A stretch of 64,000 nt of DNA from Flectonema sp. DT1601 (taxonomy: Eukaryota). The position numbers and the translations under genes are program-made. The notes under the pieces were generated by a model, which did no database searches, was not told the DNA's origin, and was given only the letters and a program-made list of their open reading frames with translations. Positions 45,140 to 56,790 of this stretch are shown piece by piece. The stretch is from positions 620,001-684,000 of the forward strand of contig OZ025801.1 in NCBI GenBank assembly GCA_964019425.1, given 5' to 3'. The first letter of the stretch is position 1, and every line of letters begins with the position of its first letter.

Positions 45140-48100
45140 CAAACATAAACCCCAAAGAAGATGTAATCGCTAATACTCAACAGGACGGTAAGAGAAGAGA
45201 GGAAAAGACAAATTACATCTTCAAAAAAGGTTTCGGTAAACAACAGACGAGTTGGTTAGTAGATAATCTTCTGAAAGAAGAACCTTAGAAAGATAAAAAA
45301 GTCTATTACATTGCGTATTGTACATCACTAATACAGATACACTAAATTAAAGAGTAATTGGTTAACCCTCTCAACAGTAACATAAGTAGACCCAATCCTG
45401 TTGGGATTGTCATAGCAAGGTATAGGCTGACGGGGTATCCCGAATATAGCATGCCAATTTGGCACAACAAAAAAAGTGGGAGGAGAAATATTTCAGACCC
45501 TTCTAGTCTCACTGTGACAACAAATACACAACACACACATCGTTAAGGAGAATACAATCAGGAAGGACAAACCAATGATAGTCATCTTCAACAATCGAAT
45601 CGTTATAAAAAATTCACACACCAGAACACAATCATAAACCCCAAAGAAGATGTAATCGCTAATACTCAACAGGACGGTAAGAGAAGAGAGGAAAGACAAA
45701 TTACATCTCCTAAACGGGTATCGGCAAACAACAGACGAGTTGGTTAGTAGATAATCTTCTGAAAGAAGAAATCTGGCATTAAAAAAAAAGTGAGAAATAC
45801 ACAACACACACATCGTTAAAGAGAATACAATCAGGAAGGACAAACCAATGTTAGTTATATAATCCAACGTTACTGTATATTATGAGTGCTAGGTAACTCA
45901 CAGTAACAGAGGACCCAATCCGTAGCCATATCCGAAGATTTCGCATGGATTGTTGAAGTAGCATCGACTGAAAGATTAATGAATACCAATATCCAGCTTT
46001 CCACCTCCCCTAGCTTATTAAACTATCGAACTAAAGAAAAAAAAATGATGGTCTTCCAACAATCGAATCGTAAAAAAGATTCACACACCAGAACACAATC
46101 ACAAACCCCAAAGAAGATGTAATCGCTAATACTCAACAGGACGGTAAGAGAAGAGAGGAAAAGACAAATTACATCTCCAAAACGGGTATCGGCAAACAAC
46201 AGACGAGTTGGTTAGTAGATAATCTTCTGAAAGAAGAAATCTGGCATTAAAAAAAAAAGTGGGAGGAGAAATACACAACACACACATCGTTAAGGAGAAT
46301 ACAATCAGGAAGGACAAACCAATGATAGTCATCTTCAACAATCGAATCGTTATAAAAAATTCACACACCAGAACACAATCACAAACCCCAAAGAAGATGT
46401 AATCGCTAATACTCAACAGGACGGTAAGAGAAGAGAGGAAAGACAAATTACATCTCCAAAACTGGTTTCGGTAAACAACAGACGAGTTGGTTAGTAGATA
46501 ATCTTCTGAAAGAAGAAATCTGGCATTAAAAAAAAAAGTGGGAGGAGAAATACACAACACACACATCGTTAAGGAGAATACAATCAGGAAGGACAAACCA
46601 ATGATAGTCATCTTCAACAATCGAATCGTTATAAAAAATTCACACACCAGAACACAATCATAAACCCCAAAGAAGATGTAATCGCTAATACTCAACAGGA
46701 CGGTAAGAGAAGAGAGGAAAGACAAATTACATCTCCTAAACTGGTTTCGGTAAACAACAGACGAGTTGGTTAGTAGATAATCTTCTGAAAGAAGAAATCT
46801 GGCATTAAAAAAAAAAGTGGGAGGAGAAATACACAACACACACATCGTTAAGGAGAATACAATCAGGAAGGACAAACCAATGATAGTCATCTTCAACAAT
46901 CGAATCGTTATAAAAAATTCACACACCAGAACACAATCATAAACCCCAAAGAAGATGTAATCGCTAATACTCAACAGGACGGTAAGAGAAGAGAGGAAAG
47001 ACAAATTACATCTCCTAAACGGGTATCGGCAAACAACAGACGAGTTGGTTAGTAGATAATCTTCTGAAAGAAGAAATCTGGCATTAAAAAAAAAGTGAGA
47101 AATACACAACACACACATCGTTAAAGAGAATACAATCAGGAAGGACAAACCAATGTTAGTTATATAATCCAACGTTACTGTATATTATGAGTGCTAGGTA
47201 ACTCACAGTAACAGAGGACCCAATCCGTAGCCATATCCGAAGATTTCGCATGGATTGTTGAAGTAGCATCGACTGAAAGATTAATGAATACCAATATCCA
47301 GCTTTCCACCTCCCCTAGCTTATTAAACTATCGAACTAAAGAAAAAAAAATGATGGTCTTCCAACAATCGAATCGTAAAAAAGATTCACACACCAGAACA
47401 CAATCACAAACCCCAAAGAAGATGTAATCGCTAATACTCAACAGGACGGTAAGAGAAGAGAGGAAAAGACAAATTACATCTCCAAAACGGGTATCGGCAA
47501 ACAACAGACGAGTTGGTTAGTAGATAATCTTCTGAAAGAAGAAATCTGGCATTAAAAAAAAAAGTGGGAGGAGAAATACACAACACACACATCGTTAAGG
47601 AGAATACAATCAGGAAGGACAAACCAATGATAGTCATCTTCAACAATCGAATCGTTATAAAAAATTCACACACCAGAACACAATCACAAACCCCAAAGAA
47701 GATGTAATCGCTAATACTCAACAGGACGGTAAGAGAAGAGAGGAAAGACAAATTACATCTCCAAAACTGGTTTCGGTAAACAACAGACGAGTTGGTTAGT
47801 AGATAATCTTCTGAAAGAAGAAATCTGGCATTAAAAAAAAAAGTGGGAGGAGAAATACACAACACACACATCGTTAAGGAGAATACAATCAGGAAGGACA
47901 AACCAATGATAGTCATCTTCAACAATCGAATCGTTATAAAAAATTCACACACCAGAACACAATCATAAACCCCAAAGAAGATGTAATCGCTAATACTCAA
48001 CAGGACGGTAAGAGAAGAGAGGAAAGACAAATTACATCTCCTAAACTGGTTTCGGTAAACAACAGACGAGTTGGTTAGTAGATAATCTTCTGAAAGAAGA

Positions 48101-48225
48101 AATCTGGCATTAAAAAAAAAAGTGGGAGGAGAAATACACAACACACACATCGTTAAGGAGAATACAATCAGGAAGGACAAACCAATGATAGTCATCTTCA
48201 ACAATCGAATCGTTATAAAAAATCC
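45140..48225. repeat. Tandem satellite, ~279-280-bp monomer with a 1305-bp higher-order repeat
   Basis: Anchor ccccaaagaagatgtaatcgc at ~45150, 45639, 46106, 46386, 46665, 46944, 47411, 47691 and 47970; the spacer-bearing unit recurs after 1305 bp (45867 vs 47172). Confidence 0.95.
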
Positions 48226-51200
48226 ACACCACTACAGCCAAAAAATCCCAACCCAACACAAGTCAATAAAAAAAAGGGAGGCATCTATATGTAACGGAAA
48301 GCAAAAGGAGGGAAAAGGTTCCTTCCCCTCAATTGCGATCCCCATAAAAAGAGGATGAAGAACAAGCAAAGGAGAGTGAGTAAGAAAAAAAAGGTCCCAG
48401 CAAAAGCACGATAAGCCTCTTGTACAAGACTATTGCTATGGCTGCATTCAAAGAAAAATTAAGAAAAGGGAGGAAAGAAGAGCTTTTTTTTTTTTTTTTT
48501 TCTTGTTTTTTTCAAGATACATACAACTACTGCAGCAATTAGTTTGAATATTAATTTATTATAATTATAATAAGATAGCTGCACTAAATCAAAATATAAA
48601 AACACAATTGTTCTGCCGTTCCATAAAAACACTTGTGGAATATGTAGGCCTCTTAGGCCTTCATCAGTAAGTTTTGGGGGCTTCATTCCAATTTTTTGAT
48701 GAATCCAAAAAAACTGGAATTTTTTTTAATGTCCATCGAAACTTGTCAGGATGGCGGCTAGCATATATTTGCTTATTTAACCCAACGTTACCGTATATTT
48801 TGAGTGCCGTATGAGGGTAACTCACAGTAACGGAGGATCCTATCCTAGTAACCGTTTCCGAAGACTCAGTATGGATTGTTGAACTAGCTTTCAACTGAAG
48901 TGATGTAATTTAATTTATAGAAAAATTAGAAAACTACAAACTTCAGCATTTTTTTTTTTCACCTTATCCCCCATTGATCTATGAAAAATAAAGAATAAAA
49001 AAAAAAAAAAAACGAAAACGAAAATTGAAAAACAGAAATATATTAAAATAAAGAAGTGACAAAAATAAAAACAAATAAATTAATAAATGAATAACAGCAC
49101 AACGAGTATGCATCGATGATATGAGTATTCTAGGAAGGGTGTTTAGGGAGAGTGGCTCACTGCAACAGAGGACCCAATCCGCATAGATTGCTACGAATAA
49201 CTGAAATAGGAAACAAAAACAAAAAAAATGGCTTTAACTTAAACCATGACAGAAATAGTAATTTTACACATGTAGATGTTTTTGTCTGTTCTGTTTCACG
49301 AAAAACCGTGAACCGACATAAACTGATAAAGTTAAAAAGAAGTTTACGAAACATTCTTTTTTTTTTTTTTTTTTTTTTTGTTCTTGCAATTAAAAAGAAT
49401 TAAAATTTGGCAATTTTTGCTGAACAATAAAAAATAGAAAAATACCGTATCAAAGTTAACTAACATATATAAACAGGTAGTAATTTATGAAACAGTATAC
49501 CAAATGGTGATGTACAGGAACACACTCCGCAAATATCGTAAAAGAATTTGTTGCTAAATTTCGTGAGCCCAGGGAAATCAAAACCAGAGGTATAATGTAT
49601 TACGGCAGAGTGCAGGTTTCAAAGAAGAAAACAAGGGGGGTAAGGATGATTGTTTTGCTTTTGTAAAACTAGCAAAAAAAAAAAAAAAAAAAAAAACCAC
49701 ATTACATCATGAAAAACGATAATTTAACGATGAATTGAACTATGGTGATTTATTTTTTTTTTTTTTTTTTTTTTTTTGAGGTAACTATTTAGATTTCGAA
49801 GAGAAAGCGAGGCTACGATCGGAATTCCTCACAATTTTAGATAACCAAAAAGTTCAATCTTTGATCTGAACTAAACGGGTGAGGACAAGAAGTCACTGCG
49901 CAGCTACAGTTCCAGAGTTAGAAAACTGAGTGCCACAGATCAGCCAGTCTAACTAATATAGATGATCGTTTTTTTTTATTTCGTGCTCCACGGTAACAAG
50001 ACGAACCTCAACATAAAGTATAATTTAAACAAAGCAAGAGAGTTGAAACAAACAATTCGAAAAACTTATCCAAATCCATCAGTTAGGACGGTAAACGGAA
50101 TCTTGTATGTCTAAAAGTAAGTCTCTCCTCCTACAACTTGTCAGGGGGGTTTGTTGTACTCCCCCCACACAATCCTTAGGTGGTCACGTATAAAAAGGTT
50201 TTCGGGAAATTTTAAAAAAAGAAAATAATAATTATTATAATAATTCTAACAGCTAAAGCCGTATAAAGGAAATAAGAAATTACTAAGCAGGACTAACCCA
50301 CACCAGTAGGACTCAGATCGGTGTATTTTTCTAACAGAAGACCCAATCGTGCAGTTTTTATAGCGCCGGCTGGATTAAACTGCTAGCTGTCCACGTTGTT
50401 AGTTTGTATCATTAATAGATTTCTTAGTTAGTTAGCGAGTCCAACATACCATCGAGTACTGGTTAGATAGACACAACAGGGTGGAATGGTTAAACCACCT
50501 GTGAGTCCCCAATATGTTGCTCAGATTTTGAATAAACAGGTTAAAAATTAAAAAATAATTTAAAAAAAAAAAAAGGAAACAAATGTGTAGCATAATGTGT
50601 GGGATAGCGGAGGATAGATAGAATGAAAGTAAAAAAAAAAAAAAAAAAAACTGACTTAACAGATATCAAGAACAAAATTCGAAAGAACGAATGATCAGAC
50701 ACCAAAGCAAGATATCAGCAAAAAAAAACCGACTCCCCAATAATTAAGTGAAAATAGGAAAAAATCGAATATGTATATAAACACGTGATTGATGGGGGAA
50801 TAAAATGATTAAAAAAAAAAAAAAAAAAAAAAAAAGAGAGAGAGAGAGAGATGCTAACCTAAGAAGTCTTTACATTCTTCCCCAAAACTACTCAATGTGA
50901 CTCCGAGGGCTGAAACTGACAGCATGCGAAAGAAGCAAAAACAGAAGAAAAAAAAAGACTTAAGCACAGCAATAAAAAAAGATTATTATTAATATGACCA
51001 ACAACAACAAAGCTGTAATGTAACGTTAGAAGTAATAATATTATTTAACTATTCTTTTTTTTTTTTTTTTTTTAAATTCATGAAATGAAAAAACACACAG
51101 GTCTAAAAAGGAGCGGAAGAGAAAATAATCCAGCGGCCTAAAACCCTCTGGGAGGAAGAAAAAACAAAATTGTTCTTTTTTGGAGTTAGGAAAACCTTTA

Positions 51201-51485
51201 AAACAATAAGTGTAATGGAGATAGAAAGCTTGCAAAAAAAAAAAATCAAGCTTCAAATATGGTTAAAAGAATGAATAAATAGTCAATAATTTATATCACA
51301 AAACGACTAAAAAATAAATCAGTTAACTGAAAAGGAAAGGGAAGAAAACTAAAAAAAAAATAAAACTATGTAAGTCACCAGAACATTATCTTCATACTCC
51401 TATTTTTTTTTTATTTTTTTTTTATTTCCAGAGCAAAGACAGGTTCAATTGAGCAACCCCCCCGCAATTGAGCAACCCCCCCGGT

Positions 51486-51833
51486 TCACGCCCATTTAAA
51501 GTTTGAGAATAGTTCGAAGAAACGATATCCCCAATGCCTCGCTTCACTTACATCATTAGCTATAATTTTATTGGTTCGTACCTTTTTGTTGGCACCTCTG
51601 TTACGGTGAATAACAATCGGTGGTATAGTGCGAGCCTTGTCATTAGTAACAGAGTACTCTCTTTTTGTGGATAAGTCAGATGAATATTCAACAGCTGAAC
51701 ATAATTTCTTATTATAATGATTTATTCTTCTTCTATCTACAACAGACGGAGGAATAGCAAAGGCCTTGTCGTTAGTGTGAGAGTACAACCACTCATCCTC
51801 TACTGTGATGGTCAAGGAAGCGTCTTTACACAT
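51486..51833 (-). CDS. Hypothetical 115-aa ORF with an internal duplication
   Basis: ATG-initiated; YSHTNDKAFAIPPSVV and YSVTNDKARTIPPIVI are related at the protein level; lies in the repeat-rich zone. Confidence 0.35.
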   Translation of the reverse strand: MCKDASLTITVEDEWLYSHTNDKAFAIPPSVVDRRRINHYNKKLCSAVEYSSDLSTKREYSVTNDKARTIPPIVIHRNRGANKKVRTNKIIANDVSEARHWGYRFFELFSNFKWA

Positions 51834-52276
51834 TTTCTCTTATAATTTATTATTTACAAAAAATTTGCTGGAAAAGAAAAAAATATCAAGAACGCTTTTC
51901 ACAAGAAATATCCTGATGGAAATAATAGCGAGCACACTCACAATATCTCTCTCCTCGTTCTCCAGAACATTGTGTATTCGAACTGTGGATACCACCACAT
52001 TAGGATTACAGAAAACATTAAATTAAAGAAACCGAACATCTCAGATTCTGTCACTCCAGCGAATACCTATACGTGTGTGTGTTGGTATACCGATGTGGTA
52101 ATTGTACCACAAAAAAGGAGAAACATTGAACAAACTCCCAAGAAATTGATTAAAAAAAACAAAAAAAGAAATGGATCTTAAAGCCACACCATGATGTTGT
52201 TTGTATTAAAGAAACTGATTAGATACTTATGGAGTGATAAAAAGTTGTTCATGCTTGCTCCAAATTATAATTGGGT

Positions 52277-53014
52277 TTAAGTCCGCGCAGGAACCATCGT
52301 CTTAGGAATATTTTTTACTTGTGTTTTAACTACACCTTTTGTCCGAAGCTCAAGGAACTTCTTGATTCCTTCTTCAGTACGATCAGCTATTTTCTTAGAA
52401 ACAGAATTTGATATATCAGTTTGTAATATGTCCCACACAAAGTCTCGCTTATGAGAAGCTATAACAGATTGTCTTTGGATTCGCCGTTGCTCAACCGGAG
52501 CAGCCATCCAGTGTGTGTAACACGCGTCTGCGGAGCTAGGTGTTTCCCAGGTTATCTTGTTCTCCTCCATCACATAAAGATAGTCATACGCAGACCGTCG
52601 ACACAATTTAGGTACGGCTTTTTTGTTTTTAGATTTCAGTGCTTCAAAAAGCATATCCGTCTCATGTCTAATTTTGGCCTCAAGGATTTCAATATTTTTA
52701 CTCCTTGATAAAATATCTCTATTCAGAACACGGATAGAATCACCAATTTCCTTTGTAAAATCAACGCCGAATTTCATTCCCGGAATGGTTTTTTTCTTGA
52801 TTAAGTTCAAGTAGTCATCTTCGCTCCTTACTTGCAGCAATTCGCTGACCTGTGCTAATCTCAATTTAAACAATGCGACACTGGAGTTAAATTTCTTACT
52901 TACAACATATCTAGCACGCAGCCGTTTTAGCAGGCCAGGTCCCATTTCCGACATATTCGTCCCGTCCTTAGGACCCCACCTGAGAAACCAATAACAATAA
53001 CTTGACTTTGTCAC
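52277..53014 (-). CDS. Hypothetical protein or exon (245-codon ORF), possibly TE- or virus-derived
   Basis: Long stop-free frame with normal amino-acid composition in AT-rich DNA; first ATG internal (MSEMG); no family recognised. Confidence 0.5.
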   Translation of the reverse strand: MTKSSYCYWFLRWGPKDGTNMSEMGPGLLKRLRARYVVSKKFNSSVALFKLRLAQVSELLQVRSEDDYLNLIKKKTIPGMKFGVDFTKEIGDSIRVLNRDILSRSKNIEILEAKIRHETDMLFEALKSKNKKAVPKLCRRSAYDYLYVMEENKITWETPSSADACYTHWMAAPVEQRRIQRQSVIASHKRDFVWDILQTDISNSVSKKIADRTEEGIKKFLELRTKGVVKTQVKNIPKTMVPART

Positions 53015-53165
53015 AGGGAGAAAAAAGAAATACTATCTAGTTGCTAAGTAAAGAGAACTTCTGTGCAATGCCAACATCATTTTTTAAGAACTGATAGGCC
53101 GATATCAAAAGCCTTACATCTTAATAAATTTGAAAATAGAAAAATAATTATATCATAACATAAGG

Positions 53166-53340
53166 GGGCGTCATAGTGCAGTGGATGGGGTGGTGCCCCC
53201 GCACCCAATCGGCCTCGGTTCGAACCCCGCTGTACGCACCGCGCCTCACAGCGCAATCAGTTTCCGTGTCGCATCCCCCATTGTCTCGAAAAAGTGAACG
53301 GCCACCCAGTAAGGGCAGCGCCTAAGCAATTATAGTAGTA
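53166..53340 (+). mobile_element. tRNA-derived SINE-like element
   Basis: A box TAGTGCAGTGG and B box GGTTCGAACCC at tRNA spacing; imperfect cloverleaf; GC-rich body followed by an A-rich tail. Confidence 0.65.
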
Positions 53341-53398
53341 ACAAAAAGAAGGAGAAACACAGTAGTGAAACACTCAAAAAAAAAAAAAAAAAAAAAAA

Positions 53399-54269
53399 CA
53401 TAAATGGAAGTGCCCTCCAAATTTGGAGGGCGCCTGGTGAAAATCAGCCACAAAGATTTGTAGGGCCAAAATAGGGCGCTGGAGGGCGCGTAGGGCGCTT
53501 TTTTAATTAAATTTAATATAATGCCGAGCTCATTTTGACACACCCCTGCCCTCAGCGAGGGTCGAATCGCATCTTATTCGACTTTTCTCCGGTTCGCCCG
53601 ATCAAATGCGTCTCTGGGATATCAGTTTACTTGCCACCAGTAAATTTCTTTTTTTTCTCACAAGGTACCGTGAAGACCGGCCTATTAACAGGTTAGCAGG
53701 AACGCACTCTCCCTCCTCGAATCCCTCTATATTCGACTTGGTGCATTCTGCGGGCTAATCAGCTCCTTGTAGATCTGGGATGCATCGTCCACTGAAATGA
53801 GTTTCAGCTTCAGGGTTTGCAGCAGGCTCCGGAAGCTCTCAAGGAGTGGCCCATTGTTTTTGCCATTGCTGACCGCCGAACCATGACCTGGAGGTCTCGG
53901 GTTCGAACTCCGTGACACCCTTTTTTCTCTTTTTCGAAAGACTGCCAAGCATGTCAAAAAAGAATTGGCTTTAACTTCAACTATACAGAAAATAATGATA
54001 TAACACTGTGATTTTTTGTTTGTGCACGAAACCGTGAACCGACTTAAACTGATAAAGCTAAAGGAGGTTTACGTGTGCTGCCAACATTCTTTTTCGTTCT
54101 TACAATACTTGTTAAATGCAAAAAAAAATTTGGCTTCTGCGTCAAAATACTTGTGCGTCAGTGTAAGTCCCTGTCAATTTAGCTGTCTTATAGTAATAAA
54201 AAAGGTAAAAAAAAGCGCCCTCAAGCGCCCTACAAGCGCCCTCCAAATTGTAGGGCACTTCCATCTATG
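53399..54269. mobile_element. MITE with CATA(G/A)ATGGAAGTGCCC termini, copy 1 (contains the family-A insertion)
   Basis: Terminal inverted repeats; subterminal agggcgc arrays; near-identical inverted copy at 63017-63778. Confidence 0.9.
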
Positions 54270-54420
54270 TCATAAATAAATAATAAATTTCACATAATAA
54301 AAGCAATGGGTAGACCAAGACAGCGAAGGATATTACAGTGTGAGGATGATCCCCCAGCTGTAAGTTATCTCTTCCTCCATTCCTCGGGTCAAGTCAACTT
54401 GGGGTGATAGTATTACTATT

Positions 54421-54851
54421 CAAGTTCCAAAAGAACCGGATCCCCACAAGATACCTGTAAATAATATTGAGGCTGACAAGATCGAGAAGGTGGGGGGAAG
54501 AACCGTTAGAATAGACCTGGACGTGCATACTGCTCGGGTTACTAGGTTTCTCGGCGACATCCTCGGTGGGATTAAATCGGTCGCAAAGAAGGTCGTGAAG
54601 CCTGTTGTCCATGAGCTAGCTGATGCTGGTCTAAACACATTATTGGGACGGGATCATTGTACCTGGGACGGGGGTAAAAAAAATTTGGTGGTGACTACCA
54701 TCCCCTGTACGGCTATGAAATAGAAGACTATCTCAAGAGTATTGGGAGACCGTTGGCAGGAGTCTTTATGCGAGACGAAATACCGAGTGATAATCTGGAT
54801 CCGGGATACTACCTGATAAAACTTGACTCGAGCGACAGCACCGGCACTCGT
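54421..54851 (+). pseudogene. Polinton/Maverick-like core (protein VI-like) segment followed by the N-terminus of an adenain-like cysteine protease
   Basis: DKIEKVGGRTVRIDL...RFLGDILGGIKSVAKKVVKPVV (amphipathic), then after a frameshift in an A-run HPLYGYEIEDYLKSIGRPLAGVFMRDEIP...GYYLIKLDSSDSTGT. This matches the Maverick protease pattern HPLxNxEI...GV(F/Y)xRDxLP...YxINLD...GTHW. Confidence 0.85.
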
Positions 54852-55391
54852 GCAGGGTGCGGTGAGGAGTCTTGTTGTTCTGAGAAATCAATGCTGGCGA
54901 CCACTTGACCCAGTTAGTAGTTCTCTTCATAGTGATCACCAACCTCATTGGTTTGCAATCGGACATGCCCCAATTGAAGCATAAGCTGTACATGTTTATT
55001 CAAGAACTCTGGACCATTATCAGACATGAGTGTTTGTATCCTCAGGTTTTACAGTTTGAAGTAAATCCTTCAACGCTTCAGCAACTACTGGTCCTGTCTT
55101 GTTCTTCAGAGGTCGAGCATAAGCCCTTCTGCTGAACACATTCATGAGTATTAGGCTGAAGGTGTTTCCTTGATTAGTTCGATTGTATGCTTGGTAGTCG
55201 AGAAGGTCCATCTGCACTAGTTGGTTTACCTCGAACGCTGTGATGTGACCAGTGATCTTCTTCCGCCGGGTCTTGTACAACTGTGAGACCTCTTCCCTCT
55301 TCAGAAAGTCTGATACATCTCGCCTTGCAACATGTGGATTGATCTTGTGTGAGGCTTGGTACAGCTTCTCAACTGAGTCTATGTAACCCAA
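54848..55391 (-). pseudogene. Polinton/Maverick-type retroviral-like (rve) integrase, frameshifted and internally deleted
   Basis: GY..VEKLY...VSDFLK...QLVQMDLLDY..YNRTNQG...VFSRRAYARPLKNK; after a frameshift TLMSDNGPEFLN; after a deletion NWVKW...NKTPHRTL. Confidence 0.93.
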
Positions 55392-56519
55392 GTCTGTGTC
55401 CCCAAAAGTGCCAAAACAGGGGACACAGACTTGTCCCCTTCCTTAGCTAAAATGCACTCATGTTGCGAGGCGTTTTGGAGAGGACCGATGGGGTGCACTT
55501 GTCCTTTTGGATCAGTTGCAGCCTAAGCCTGGCTCGTCCTGAGACAGCAGTGTAAGACAACTGGGTCATGGCTGGCAGATTTTTAAATGTCACAGCCCTT
55601 AGCCATGACCAGGTGCATCTGAGAAGAAGAGATCGGTCCACTCCGCATTGTGACATGCGAGTGTAGAGGAAGGACAGGCTGTCACTACAATGTGACAAGA
55701 CAGACACCACCACCGATCCCTATGTGTGACTTGTGCGGCCAAAATTGCCAACAAAACACAACAAAACAGGTTTGAACACTTACTACTTTGTTTATTTCTT
55801 GCTGCCCGCCGCTAAGCACACATCGGGATGATATGGATGACGCGCTAGATGACAGGTGTTCTGTTACATTGTAGAATGGAGGGCCGATGCCAAAAGCCAT
55901 ACCCATATCGACCTGTATAAACCCTTAAACAGTAAAAGGACAGTTTTCTCATAGTTTGTGATTATTTGTATGTTGTCAGGGAGGAATTAAATAGGCAAGG
56001 CTTTTGGCCACAGCCTTTCCCTGCGAGACAAGAATGACATTTTAATACAAGAATACAGAATAACATACACAAAATACATACAAGGATAGCATCACATCGC
56101 TGCTGAGCCTCCATCGAAGTACTTCCATCGTCCCATGGCAAAACAGAATGCGGAAATAGAGCAATGACAGACCTGTTTTAATTGTGTTGTAATGTTAGCA
56201 AAGTATTTCAGAACATGAAAAAGAACGAGTGTTGTTGAAAAACAATGCCAGGGAAGACAACGAAAGCATCGATATCGGTCCAACTGATGTGAGTATCCTG
56301 TAGCTGTATGTGTTTTGTTTTTATTATTTGTACCTAAGTAAACAAATGACATTGAAGTTGGACTTCTTTGTCTACAGCTGCGCATCGGCAGCAAAGAAAA
56401 GAAAGAAAGCAAACTGTTTGATCCAATTGGATCCATACCCACTCGCTGCTGGCGTCCGTGAAGTTATAAATCTGGACATGTGCCAGCAGCTACAAGGGTC
56501 TTACCTTGGTATTATCGCC

Positions 56520-56790
56520 CCAAGTGGCCTGGAGCTAATGTGCCCCAATGAAGATCGCTTTGAAACCTCTCATGTCTTAAAAGAAAACAAATATTTAAGT
56601 CTGAGAAACTCGATCATCGCCAATGACTACGATTGTAACATCTTCACTATCGAAGTTGGCGTATGAGGAAACATCTGCATGGATCAGTTGAACATCTGGA
56701 CACGCCACATCGGTTCTCCTTTAGCACCCACAAAAGCTTTGTTTTGTGAATGCACCAGAATCGCCAGACAGTGCTCTTATGTTTTGCCAG
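56520..56790 (+). pseudogene. Restriction-like endonuclease (RLE) C-terminal fragment of a non-LTR retrotransposon (R2/NeSL/HERO-type)
   Basis: LELMCPNEDRFETSHVLKENKYLSL...IFTIEVGV*GNI...RIARQCSY matches ELTxPxE...KxxKYxxL...EVGxRG; in-frame TGA at 56664-56666. Confidence 0.82.

Noticed and set aside
45493..48204. Hydrophobic repeat ORFs (124, 348 and 257 aa) on the minus strand of the satellite
   Set aside because: They arise because the 279-bp monomer is a multiple of 3 and the strand is T/G-rich; the starts are non-ATG and the 280-bp units break the frame.
45140..48225. Possible CRISPR array (also considered for 58426-58589)
   Set aside because: No unique spacers between repeats, wrong unit sizes, eukaryotic context and no cas genes.
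53166..53240. Bona fide tRNA genes (also 59896 and 60561)
   Set aside because: A and B boxes are present, but the acceptor, anticodon and T stems do not pair properly.
54631..54680. piggyBac-like end (aacacatt...ggacgggggtaaaa)
   Set aside because: No TTAA; the sequence is better explained as the coding linker between the Polinton core segment and the protease.
56664..56666. Stop-codon reassignment suggested by the in-frame TGA
   Set aside because: Intact genes in the window end in TAA, TAG and TGA; the TGA lies in a decayed TE fragment.
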